Shown in pieces: positions 27,861 to 40,400 of a stretch of 64,000 nucleotides of DNA. The DNA lies in assembly GCA_047967505.1 (NCBI GenBank), contig CM106538.1; one strand, written 5' to 3'. Both the position numbers and the translations under genes were made by a program. Origin of the DNA: Dipteris shenzhenensis (taxonomy: Eukaryota). Every line of letters starts with the position of its first letter. The stretch's first letter is position 1. Below the pieces are notes generated by a model. It did no database searches. It was not told where the DNA came from and was given only the letters and a program-made list of their open reading frames with translations.

Positions 27861-28741
27861 ATGTTTTAAAATAGCTAAGGAAATAAGCCCATTCATAAAC
27901 GTCTCATGACAGTAGGAGTTGTTTCATCCATTTGTCATCTTTTGGTCATTAGAGATAGTGTTGCTTTTGTCGTGTGCAATTTCGTTGAAAACTCTTAGGC
28001 TATAGTAAAATGAAGAAGTTCTGAATGCCCTAAATGGTTGAGGTAGAGGTAGAGGTCTCATATTAATGACACTCTTAATAAAAAGGAGGGAGAGAACATG
28101 TGGACTGAACATGTTAATTTGTACAATTGGATATATTATAGCCTTATGAAGGTATATATGTATATAATACACTTGTAATAAAAAGGAGGAAGTGAACATG
28201 TGGATTGGTAGAAAGTTCCTCTTGTGTTGTGTGTTTGGTGATTCAAGAGCAAGTGTAAACCAACTATAGAGTGGGAGATGTTCACTTGAGGTGGTAACCA
28301 TTCCCCCAATGCTTGTATGTATCAGTGAAGTCTTAAAAGAATGTGGTAATTACAATGGTGTCCGCACGCAATGTATGAGTTGAGTATATTTGTAGTGGGA
28401 TTATAGGGGCAACAAGGGTGTTAATTACAAGCAATGTTGCTTGGTGAGTCCTTGATTATGTGGCTAGCCATTGTGCCTAGATGGGAGTTGTTTGGTATAA
28501 GGGTAGTGGGGGTGACACACACATTAGAGGACTATTTTGGGGACTTTGGGGCATTGCCATGCTAGTAAGCCTTGCTAGTGTAAGGGTAGAGGGAGCAACA
28601 CACACATGGAGGAGAAGAAATCTATTACCTCCTTAGGGCACAAAGATGGAGAGGCTCTCATTCTTAGGGGTGGAAAGAGTCCACAATAGTCACTAAATGA
28701 GGGTTGCAATGTTGGAAGCTTAGTGCCACTAGCCCATGGTA

Positions 28742-28853
28742 GATAACTCACGAGGAGAGTGTATGTATGGCAACATTGGCATGCATGAGGATGCTTGGAT
28801 AACTCATGAGGAGAGTGTACGTATGGCAACATTGGCATGCATGAGGATGCTTG
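28742..28853. repeat. 56-bp tandem duplication
   Basis: GATAACTCA(C/T)GAGGAGAGTGTA...GAGGATGCTTG occurs twice. Confidence 0.85.
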
Positions 28854-28920
28854 GGGGTCAAAAATCATTCACGCACCAGAAAAAATCAAGAATGTGTACG
28901 TACGATTTGTCGAGGCTTGC

Positions 28921-29148
28921 TCTTGTGCGTGCTTTTTTGTCCCATTGAGTTTGTCAACTATGTTAGAGCGTGTATAGAAATTTGTGAGTTAGAGACTTAG
29001 CCTTTCATAGATGATGGGGAATTTGAAAAGCCCAAGCCTCTTGTACGTGCTTTTTTGTCCCATTGAGTTTGTCAACTATGTTAGAGAGTGTATAGAAATT
29101 TGTGAGTTAGAGACTTAGCCTTTCATAGATGATGGGGAATTTGAAAAG
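28921..29148. repeat. ~118-bp tandem duplication
   Basis: TCTTGT(G/A)CGTGCTTTTTTGTCCC...GAATTTGAAAAGC occurs twice, near-identical. Confidence 0.88.
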
Positions 29149-30139
29149 CTGCAGAGCAAGGCGGTATGTGCCCATAACATAATGTGAAGCCAGGAGGAGG
29201 AAGAGGCCACTTGGGAGTCACTCTAGCGTATTATAAGTGATGAATGAGAACCACAAAAGAACAACAAAGAAACAAGAAGAAAGGCAATCACGAGACAACA
29301 AAGCACCAAATTTTGTTTTTTTGGGGGGGGGTGTCCATAGGAAGAGAGGGGTTGCTATTGAATGAAAACGAAGGCAATAAAGGGAAATAAATGGGGGCTT
29401 TAAAGGACAATTAAAGCCGAACAATATTTACAAAACAAGAAGAAACAAAATGTCCTTAATAGTTGGCTGTGCACGTAACCTTTGAGTCGTTGCCACTTTC
29501 GTTTTTTTTTTGGCTGTTTTTGTTGTCAAGCTCGCCATCGCCCTTCTTCCCATGGCGGAAAGAATCTCTGCATGCACTTGCCATCCATTGCCTTCCTTGC
29601 CTCTCCCGCTTCTCTTCTCATCATCATCATCATCATCATCATTCCTGTAGCTCGAAATTGCTTCGCTTGAAAGAACTACCGCAGCAATCCGGCACCCTTA
29701 GTGTCCATCCTGCCGGACACGGCTGAAATTTCTAACGGTTTGCGCATTGCTTCTGCTTCTGCTTCTGCTTCTTTCGGTGGCTCCAACAGCACCTCCTGCA
29801 TTGCTTACCAGCCCCCACCTACCGTACTCTCGCTCTCGTTTCATCCGTGGATTCACCCCCTGCCAGTGGACAGGACACCAATCGTGGCAACAGCCTTTCT
29901 CTTTTGCATTCTCGAAAGAAGGGCCTGATGAGTCGACTATAATTTCCGGACAAGCGCAGCCATTTCTGCTGTGAATTGTCAGAAAAGTGTCAGCTTACAA
30001 AGTATTGCCTTTGCCCAACTTTCCTGAAAGCCTGAACAAAGGTGGACGCATGGATACCGCGCACACGGGGTACAGAAACGGGAGAGGGAAAGAAACAAAG
30101 AAAGAAAATTTATTATAGTCTTCGAAAGACGGAACGGTT

Positions 30140-30176
<37 letters not shown>

Positions 30177-30319
30177 ACCGCTTTCATCACTGCGAGTAGT
30201 GGGAGCCGTGCGAGAGGCATTCCCCGTCTGTTTCAGCAAGCAAAGACTGCAGTGGTGAGAACGGGCCATGGACTTGGCGGCATGGGAGGGGCAGGGGAGA
30301 AACGTGAATAGGAATAGTT

Positions 30320-30499
30320 ATGGGGCAACGCGCGCGATTTCAAATGAGGACGATGTTGGCTTCCGCGCTTTCCAGGAGTTCTCTGCTATGCGGAGCTGTG
30401 TTGGTGTTGCTGGCCTTCGTTTCGTTAACGACTGGACCGCTTCTTGACTTAGACAATTCGCCTCTCCGTCATGGCCCTACTCCAGTTCCCATTCCTCAT
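30320..30499 (+). CDS. O-fucosyltransferase-family (PF10250/GT106) glycosyltransferase exon 1 (type II TM anchor)
   Basis: MGQRARF...LLCGAVLVLLAFVSL hydrophobic anchor. GT donor at 30500, phase 0. Confidence 0.7.
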
Positions 30500-30641
30500 G
30501 TAATGTGACTAGAATTTCACTCAACTTCTCTACTTCTGACCTTCTCACATCTGCGCATGCCTTCGGCGTTTCGCGCGGCGAGTTTTTTCAGTTATTAATA
30601 TGTTGTTTCGTTCGTAAAACGACTCTACCTTGCTTTGATAG

Positions 30642-30713
30642 GATATCAAGTACTCAGCGTCAGCGCGCTTCCAGCGGAGGCAGCTCGAGGGCGCGCATAG
30701 AACAGGCGGCCAA
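30642..30713 (+). CDS. O-FucT-family exon 2
   Basis: AG/GTAAG boundaries, 24 open codons, phase 0. Confidence 0.65.
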
Positions 30714-30850
30714 GTAAGAAACTCCCTTTGCTGTTGGCATTCCACATATTTATTGCGAGTAGTAAGATCTCAGTATGCTGTCTTCATAGCTCTGAAAGTA
30801 TGAGCGCTGCCATGCTGTGTCTAATGCTCGTTTATGTGGATTTGTCATAG

Positions 30851-30941
30851 GCTTCCGTGCCAGCATTATCAGAAACCATTTGGGCTTCTAAGCTAGCTAA
30901 ATACTACCATGGCTGCAGTTCTCCAAATAGCTCCTTTCCAA
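30851..30941 (+). CDS. O-FucT-family exon 3 (IWASKLAKYYHGCS)
   Basis: Conserved W-S-Y-GCS stem motif of plant O-FucT proteins. AG/GTAAG boundaries. Confidence 0.82.
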
Positions 30942-32599
30942 GTAAGGGAAGAATCGAAGCTCATCATGTCATGTTACCTACCTCTATCGCTAGATGTTCA
31001 TTCAACGCTATGTGTGATATATCCCAAAAGTGTGCCAGACTCCAAATTCACTTTGAAGGAAACCAATCTGCATGTCTTTCAACCAGACTCTAGGTTAGAA
31101 CTGGCATAAAAGGTATGATAGAGAGGGATACATGTGTGTACAACAAAGATTCTCTCTCGTTTCAATAGCTTTGGGGATTATCATGTAAGTGTCGTTGGAG
31201 AGCATGCTAGGAAAGGTTTAATCAGACACTGCCTTTTTGATCATGCTATCCTTCGCTGGCATATGTTACAGATTCCTTATAAGGAGGGTGGAAACATCAT
31301 GGCTTTTGCTTTTGTGATACAACATTGTCTTTTAAAAGTTTTTACGAGCTGTACGCATGCTGCCTAGAATTACCGTGACTCTGTACTCTTTCAGCAACGA
31401 CAAAGACGTATCTTATCTGGGTGGACCTGAAGCAGATTGTAGGGCCCTTAATTTAGGCTTGAGCATTTTCATAATGGCTCAGAACTCTGGAGATTATAAA
31501 CTAGGAAGGATGTGACGGGAACCACTTTGCATGTATCTTATTTGTGTTCATGATTCTAGAGCCTGGGATCAACTTGGATCTTCAGCAAGGGTGACGTTGT
31601 GTGATGATAAAACATTTACTGCATGAAATACGGATAGAATGGAGAATCATATGTGGTCATAATGGGCGCTGTTGCTTGCAAAGAGCGGCCTTTACACATG
31701 CAGGCGTCGAAGAAAAAGTATACTGATGCTCTGTGTGTGTGTGCACGTGTGTATGCATATATGCATATTTAAATATCCGTGCACATGCGCACACTTTTTT
31801 TTAAGTGAAATGCACATTCACACCCACATCATATATGTAGATATTTATGTCTATATATGTTTATATATATGTATGGACGTGTGTTGGTGTGTGAGATAGT
31901 TAGCAAGGCAAAACATTTTCATGCCATAAAACTTCTAATTTACATTTCACCTAACCATTCACTCTTGAGCACAAATACTTCATTCATAGTGTGAATGGCA
32001 ACTGCACACTAGAAACGTACATAAAATTTGATGCATCCTTTATATGCCTTTTCATGCAAACAATTCATACTTTACAAGGGCCATATTGGCGTCAAAGATA
32101 CAATAATGCATATTTGAGGCAAGATTGATGGAAGACGGTTACAAGTGGGGCCCAAATTTGTGAGTCAAAGCTTGAAATGTGTAAGGTGACCTTTGAGATG
32201 AAGAGCGGAAAACGTTCACTAGATCATAGCTTTTGTTAAATCTGAGCGAAGGACATGGGGACACCAAGACTGCAAGCTAAGGCTAGTTACTATGCTAATG
32301 GCCACGTGCCACATTGAGGCTGTTAAGTCTCCCAATCCTATAGTCGAAACATATGTGTTGCAATCATCTCTTGTTGCTCATAGGAACTATTGCTACATGT
32401 ATTACCTACATGACGTAGTGCTTCTAACAGAGTTTAGTGCAATGTTGCCTTTTTGTGATCACTCTAAGTAGAGAGGCTAAGGCTTTAGAGTAGATTTGGT
32501 CTTTTACAAATTGAAGAGCAAGTTCGACGTTATCCAGTTGACAAGGGTGCTCCACTTTAGGGACACACAGAGAAGGCTTGTACTAGGAGGTGTAATGCC

Positions 32600-33100
32600 T
32601 CAATTACATGGCTTGGTGACCAGTTTCTTTGGTGAAGTTTATGCTCATATTTTGATCAATGAGTTCGATAGATAGAGATCTCACCTCTTCCAACGTTGAG
32701 TAGAAAGCTGAATGCAATTACAAATTGGTCGCCTACTTGTTTGTAAGAGTAAAAAGTTAGGCTGAATTCTGTTTGAATGTCATAATAATCTAACCATTGG
32801 ACATCCAAGAATGCTAAATACTTACGCGCTTCTAAAAATGTCAATTTTACCGACCTCAAACGAGTAAGGACATCAAAGACTATGTGTTGTGTGGTTAAAT
32901 TCAAAAATGAATGTGTGACCAAAGCAAAAGTGAAAACCCTCGAATTAGCCAAATTGTACATGGAGCAAATAAGGGCCTTTGCTGCCATGATGATATATGA
33001 GAGCTTTCTTCTTTTAGATCATGGAGGATGGAGGTGAATGATGATCTAGAATGATGCATTTGTGTAGGAGCCTTGCTCCATAATTGGTCATTGCAATATA
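32600..33100 (+). mobile_element. Very decayed gypsy integrase-like remnant
   Basis: FYRPQTSKDIKDYVLC (cf. FYWPxMxKDIxxYVxxC) and TLELAKLYMEQI, across stops. Confidence 0.35.
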
Positions 33101-33940
33101 TGTGGAGCACATCGCGTGATGGGATCAGCAACCTGCGATCACTTAACTTTGTGTTGACTTGTTGAAAGTGGGCCTAGAAGCATTGTCTTTCCAATCTAGC
33201 TATGAGGCATGTCTTTGGTGAGATGGTCCTGTGTTTCTGGTTTCATGCTAAACTTGGGTCTCTTGAATACCATCCCAAAATCACAGAAGATGTAATTATC
33301 CCAATCAGCTCTTTTATTAGAGTGATTCATGTTGACGATGCTCAATACTAGTGGTAAAGATCATGACCTTGACCTTTCATGTTGTCAATGCTCAATACTA
33401 GTAGTGAAGATCATGACCTTGTCCTTCAGATCTTGGCTCGTAAAGAATGGCTGTAAGTTTGACAAGTGTCGTTGCAAGCGCTTTGCTTTAACACAAGCGT
33501 GAAATGGGAGTGAGGGTTTTTGCCAACATTGAGCCTTGTCCTCCAAGAGTGTTCACAAAAGAGGCCAACTCGCCTCTATAAAATTAAAAGGGGGTAGGAT
33601 ATAAGGAGAAACCTTACTCAACATGGATGGTTTAACATCCTTATGTGCGGACTTTGCCTTTCGGTCTCACCAACAAAACCTTGATTTGCCCAAATGACAT
33701 CATTAGTAATGCCTATTGCTTGGAGGTATGAAATGAGGTGAGCACATGGACCAAATGAAAGGTCTTGTAGAAATTGACGAAGCAAGTGTACACATTGTGT
33801 TTTACCTACCGCTCTCTTATATAAAACTAGGATTGCCCAAATGACATCATCAACAATGCCTATCTCTTAGAGGTGTGAAAAGAGGCTAGTCAATGGGACC
33901 AAATGAAGGGTCTTCTAGAAATTGATGAAGCAAGTGTACA

Positions 33941-36480
33941 CATATGTTCCGCACTGGGACTCTCCTGCATTTCTACGTCGCATTCAGATATTATCATATT
34001 AGCCGTGCGACGGTCTTTATTCAGTGGACAATCCTTCCACTGATGTCGCTGAAGGCAGCCGAAGCACAATCCTTCTTTCCTAGCTTTCTCCTTTTGTTCA
34101 GGGGTCAACGAGGACTTTGACCAAGCTCGGGCTGCCATTGGAGTTATTTTCCTTTTCACCCCAACGGTGGTACTTGTTTTTACTGGTCCCTCAACCGGCT
34201 TCACCTGCTTGGTTTGGCCACTTGGCTGCGAGACACTTGTCTTTGAAACCCATTTCCTCTGAAATCCCCCTTTTCTCGGGTGCTCATACTGAGTCCCTGC
34301 CTGCACAAATCCACCAGATCTACCTCTTGCATCCTCATAGTTCAGGGCTACTACTATAGATTCATCTAGTGTAGTCACATATTTAGCCCGAACTTCCATT
34401 TTGATCTTGTCGTTCAGTCCATAGATATAGTCTTTTAACTGAACCGACATAGGGAGAGGGTCGGTTATTTTCATGACACATTCCCTGAATTTGTCAGTGT
34501 ACTTTGCCACTGACAAGCTCCTCTGACGAAGATTTCTATAAGCATCCCAAGCTCGGGATTCTTCATCAGGTGGAAGAAAGTGTTTCTTGAATATAGCTTT
34601 AAACCCTTCCCAGGTGGTTGGAGCAACTTGATCCTTCTGTTGCTTTATCCACCATCTGTCCGCTGCCTCAATAAATAGGTGTGTGGCCTCGCGGATTTTC
34701 TTTAGATCGGATCTAATCTCACAAATGGCGAAGGCTTCTTCCCACTTGTGCAACCAAACCTCGATCACATCAGAGCTGCGCTCGGTCATCCGACCGGCGT
34801 ACTTCTCCGGTCTATAATTAGCGATATTAGGTACTTTGACCCTTGCGCGCCCTAAGGAATGTACACTGGGCTCTGGCTCAGCTAGAGCTTTGCCCTTATC
34901 AATCCTAGACGGTCTAGCCGACAAGGCTTGCACCATCTCCCTAATCTCATTTTGACCAGCATTCACTTGAAGTTGTTGGTTCATAATCTGCTGTAAAGCA
35001 TCCTCTAATATTGAAATCCTACCAATCAATGTAGGTGTTGCCTGATGTGACATCTGTTGTGTAGACTGTACTCTAGACTCACTAGGATTCACTCTAGAAT
35101 TCTGTCCTTCTGCTTCCATAGGTTCACAGTGGAAGATGGGGGTTTTTTTTTTTCCCCCCCCCTTCCTTTGTTGGGGGTTTTTTTTTTTTTTAAAAACAGA
35201 AAAGATAAACGACAATCCCTGTTGTATAAAACGAATTAACTGTAACTCAAAATTTTTTTTCGAAAGAAATGCTTCCTGGATTCTCCACGCGATCCGAGTT
35301 CATGCGCTCCTGACTTTCGCGGTTATGATCTCTCTTTGTAAATTTTTTACGCCTGCGGGTATCCTTCTACAAGTTGCAATTCCTCCTCTAGCATACGGAT
35401 TTGCTGCTGGAGACGCTGTAGCTCGGCATGCTTGCGGTGCTTGCCGTACACATCTGGGGTGTGCGGGGTCTAGGAATGGGAACAACTGACGAAGAAGCCG
35501 TAATCTAGTGGTGAGAAGTCTGCCATCACGTGTGCACTGATCGACAAAGCCAAGGGATGTTGGGAAAAAACTTCGGGTCTTTCGTGGCCGTCATTCCGGT
35601 TCATATTTCATCGTCGCCTCCTGCTCCGCTATCCCGCTCTCAGCTAGGATCTCCCGGGACTCGCTCCCTTTTAGAAGTCTTACGATGAGCAGATTGTCGC
35701 AACCTCAGACCGTCAGCAGGACCTGAAACTGGTGCCTCAAATCATACTGGAATCATGTCTGTCGTCTATCACACACCTGCGACTGTCTTCCCAAACGGAC
35801 GAACGTAAGTGACTCCTTACGTGGCTTCCGTCGATATATTTGACACTCACGTCGCTACCAAGGGTTCCTCGTCACGACAGCCAACAATCCTAATTTGTCG
35901 TAGATCGTGCACGTCGCTCATCACATATCCCCTGATCCTCCACCTGCTGTCCGTCACAAATCGACGGGTTCTACCTTACCTTCGCTCTGATACCAAATGT
36001 AAAGGTCTTCTTACTACTCGTCGTTTCGATCGTGATAAGTCTCTCCACGTCGCAGGTAAATATCACGGGCGATGGCTTTTTTTTATTCCTCCCAGCCAAC
36101 TCTCAGGGATCTGATGCGTCATCTTACATATATCCATCGTTGTTTTTCTTCATCCTTATCCCTGAGACCCACAATTCCCTAGATAGTTCCTGGCCACATG
36201 TCTTCATTTTAGGCCCCTTCTTAAATGCATCCTTTTTCACCCCTCTCTTGGAGTTCCTTTAAAAACAATTGCCCCTTGGCAATTTGCACATTTAGATGCA
36301 CCTAGGCCCTAGCCCTATTAGAACTACCTAGTCAATGCCATTACGCCCTCACCTAGGACCTTGGCAGTTACTTCTCTTGACCATTTAATTATGCACATTA
36401 ACTATTACAAAAGTTGGTCATCTAAGAGAAAATGCCCACCGATCTATCCGAGGTCATGCTATCTCGGCTAGAGCATAACA
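33941..36480 (-). mobile_element. Chromovirus copy B, 5' half (LTR 35998-36480, PBS 35984-35995, open gag), now inverted
   Basis: Open gag ORF with retrotransposon-gag core and CFGCLQRHQWKDC knuckle. PBS TGGTATCAGAGC. 483-bp TG..CA LTR. Confidence 0.95.
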
Positions 36481-36974
36481 GTAGGATAGAGGGCCGGACT
36501 GCATGGCTATTCAATGCCTCTTGCTGGTCCATGTGCTGCCACGATGGCCATGGAGGATCCCGAGAGGGGTGCGGATCTATGCGGGTATGTCAGTGCCACG
36601 GGACAGCTCCTGGAGGCGCCCCTTATAGGCACTAGCTGCAGGCTTTGGAGTAGCAGGTGGGCCGACTTGCAGGTTGGCCACCTTGGCTAGAGAGCAACCC
36701 CCATAGGCTGGGGGTGAGCCCTCTTTATAGGGTTTTAGGTAGCCTTAGTGGTAGGTCGGCCCACCTAGGCTGGTCGACCCCTACAGCAGGGGGTCGGCCC
36801 CCATTCTCCATCAGTCAATTAGGGAAGGGGAGGGGAAGGCTGCCTATATATAGGCCCCCTTGTGTCCTTGTTTTCATCTTCTGGTGGACACATGGACCAG
36901 CCTCTTCCAAGCATCCTCAGGAGCAATCCTTCCACCCTTGGGGTGGAGTAGTTCTTCCATCCTTGTTTAGCTCA
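36481..36974 (+). repeat. Displaced (inverted) part of the 3' LTR of the gag-only copia-like element
   Basis: Reverse complement of ~43060-43563. Confidence 0.85.
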
Positions 36975-37479
36975 ATTGTGGAGGTCATTGAGCAATGTTC
37001 CCGGCTCTTGAGTGGCCCGTTGTGCAAAGGTTTTCCCGTAGGTGTTGCGGGGCTTTTGCCAAAGATCACTTGCAGTTATTTTGTTTCTTTCTCTCCCTCT
37101 CAGTGGGTGTGTGTGAGGAGTGTACTCTCTCTCCATTTCTTTCATTTCCGCTACACTTCTCACGGCATCCTAGAGAGACCGATACAAAGACGAACAAAAG
37201 AAGTGAAAAACATCCACTAAAGAGTGCTCAATAGTCAAATGATACAGGCATGTTATAACGACCAGAGGGCCCAATAGCGACACCTCTTGTCGTGTAATGT
37301 GAAACTTTCAATCAAGTAATTTATTAGCACTACCTCCTTGGAGGGAGTGCTATAATGGAGGATTGAAACTCTTTTGTGTATTTCCATGTGTATGAGAAGA
37401 AGTGAGCATAGTCCGGCATCATATCTGCCAAACATACACACACAAACACACATATGAGGAGGCTAGATACCAAAAATAT

Positions 37480-40400
37480 TATGCAGATGCAACTGGCGGG
37501 ACCTTCTCAGAGGTTAGTACCTTGTTTGTTATGTGTATCTGTTGCTAAGTTAGTGACGAGTGCACCTGATAACATCCTATCTAAGCCCGCAGCAACGGGG
37601 TATACAGCCTTTAATGATACGGAGTTAATTAAAATGAAAGGGCAGGTGGCCAATCATGATGTCATTGTGTTGTTTGACTCGGCGTCAACTCACAATGTGA
37701 TTAACTCCAAACTCGTGAAGAGGCTGAAATTAAAGACAAGTCCATCTGACTATGCGTACACAGTCAGGATGGCAGATGGAAGTTCAACTGAAGTATGGGA
37801 CCAAAGGGTTACCCAGTTGGAGCTTCGGATTCAGGACTATGCTGAGAAGCTTGATTTTGAAATGACCAAGCTTGCTCATGCAGATATAGCCCTGGGAATG
37901 GCATGGTATTCTAGGAAGAATCCAGCCATTGATTGGAAAAAGCACGTATATGAATTCAAAATGAATGATGTGCTTTATGTCTTACGAGGTGAAAAAGATA
38001 TACCTCAGGGACCGTTGGTTTCCGTGATGGAAATCAGAAAGGCTCAAGTAGAGTTTTTGTACCTTTGCACAGCATCGGTAGAGTCGGTGAATGATTCTTC
38101 GGCTAGCACTGATGTTACGCAAAGTGGTGAGATGGCCCAGCTGGCTAATCTTATAACAGAGGAGTTCTCTGAATGTTTTAGGGATGAACTACCTTATGGG
38201 TTACTTCCAGAGCGGAAAGTTTAACATAAGATTGAACTGATCCCGGGGGCAGAACCTGTAAATAGACCTCCCTATAGAATGAGTTTTGCTGAAGAAGCGG
38301 AGGTGCGTAGGCAACTGGAAGAATACCTCAAGTTGGGGCAGATTCAACCAAGTTTCTCACCTTTTGCTTCGCCAGTGATATTAAAGAGGAAAAAGGATGA
38401 TACGTTTCGCCTCTGTATAGATTACAGAGCATTGAATGATATCATTGTTAAGCACAGGTATCCGATGGCTCGGATTGATGATTTGCTAGATGCATTACAT
38501 GGAGCCGTGATTTTCAGCAAGATAGATCTTAAGTGCGGCTATCATCAGATCTAGATTAGAGTCGAGGATGTGCATAAAACCACTTTCAGGAGCAGGTTTG
38601 GTCATTATGAGTTTTTGGTAATGCCCTTCGGACTTACCAATGCTCCAGCGACCTTCGTCATGCTTATGAACGATTTACTACGTCCGTATATCGGAAAGTT
38701 CGTAGTACATTTTATTGACGATATATTGATATTCAGTAAAAGTGTTACTGAGCATCGTGAACACTTAAGGATAGTGTTCAGTACTTTGAGGAAAGCCAGT
38801 CTTTATGTGAATAAGAAGAAAACTATACTGTGTATGGTTAGGCTTGAATATTTGGGTTTCATAATCACTCCACAGGGGGTAGAAATGGATCCGAAGAAAG
38901 TGGCTGCGATACTAACTGGGCCAATCCCTCAGAGTCTGACCGCGTTGCGATCATTCTTGGGATTTGTCCAGTTTTATAGAAGGCATATCAAAGGATATTC
39001 CGGAATAGTATCGCCATTGACTGATCTGACCTCAGATAAAGTACCTTTTATTTGGGGACAGAATCAACAAGAAAGTTTTAACACCATAAAACAAGCTGTG
39101 GTCTTAGGACCGGTGTTAAAAATAGTTGATCCCCAGAAACCGTTGTTCCTAGAAACCGATGCAAGTGGCATTGCGGTAGGAGCAGTCCTCCTTCAAGAGG
39201 GAAGGCTAGTAGCCTTTGAAAGCAAGAAGCTTTCTCCCTCTCAAAGGAATTGGCCAACTCATGAATTGGAGTTGTATGCAGTTATCCATGCTTTGAAAAC
39301 ATGGAGGCATTATCTGTATGGTTCAGAGTTTTATGTGGATGTAGATCATGATACTCTGAAACATTTTTGTAAACAACCTGACTTGAGGGGCCGCCAAGCT
39401 AGGTGGGCAGAGCTCATGCAAGAGTTCAATCTAACGATTCGGTACCGAAGAGGAAAAGACAATAAGGTAGCTGATGCGTTGTCTCGCATTATGCACAACC
39501 TGAGTTTCACGGTATTAGAGAGTGCTCTAATGACTAAGATAAGAGAAACTCAAAAAGTGGACGAGTTTGTCCAGAGCTTATGGTCTAAGGCTCATGTGTT
39601 AAAACCCGGGGAAAGTGAAAAGGATGACCTGGCATCCAGAAAAGGTCAAACTTATGCAAGATATACCATAAGGGATGGTATGCTAGTTAGAAATGGCAAG
39701 GTTGTAGTACCTGATCAGAATGATCTCAGGCAGAGAGTCATTCGACAGTGCCATGATAGCCCGTGTGCGGGACATCCAGGAGTCGAGAAGACATATGATC
39801 TCGTGAGGCGAGATTTCTTTTGGCCAAAGATGAAAAAGCATATTCATGAATATGTGACACGGTGTTTCTCGTGTCAGGTAAGTAAGGCCGAGCGGGTGAA
39901 GCCACCCGGACTGTGATAGCCCTTGGAAATACCACTAAGTAAGTGGGAGAGCATTTCCATGGATTTTATTGTAGGGCTACCTGCAACACAAGGAGGGTAT
40001 AATTCTATCCTTGTGGTGGTTGATCGTCTAACCAAGATGGCTCACTTCATTCCAACTAGAGAGTCTGTTAGTGCCCCGCAAGTGGCGGATTTGTTCATTA
40101 GACATATATTTCGTCTGCATGGATTGCCTAGATCCATAGTGTCAGACCGAGATGTCAGATTTACCGGTCATTTTTGGACAGCGGTATTTGAGACACTAAG
40201 GACTGAGTTGGGAATGAGTAGTAGGGATCATCCTGAGACGGATGGTCAGACGGAGAGAGTCAACCAGACTTTAGAGGATATGCTGAGAGCATATGTGTCA
40301 TTGAGGCAACATACATGGGACAAGTGGTTGCCATTGTTGGAGTTTGCCTACAATGATAGGAAACATTCATCTACCGGGTTCAGTCCGTTTGAGCTGAACT

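Noticed and set aside
29463-29726. Poly-His peptide ORF
   Set aside because: Arises from a (CAT)n microsatellite, has a TTG start, and shows no homology signal.
36657-37220. 187-aa ORF between the two chromovirus halves
   Set aside because: Runs through displaced LTR sequence and flank, so it is a chance ORF.
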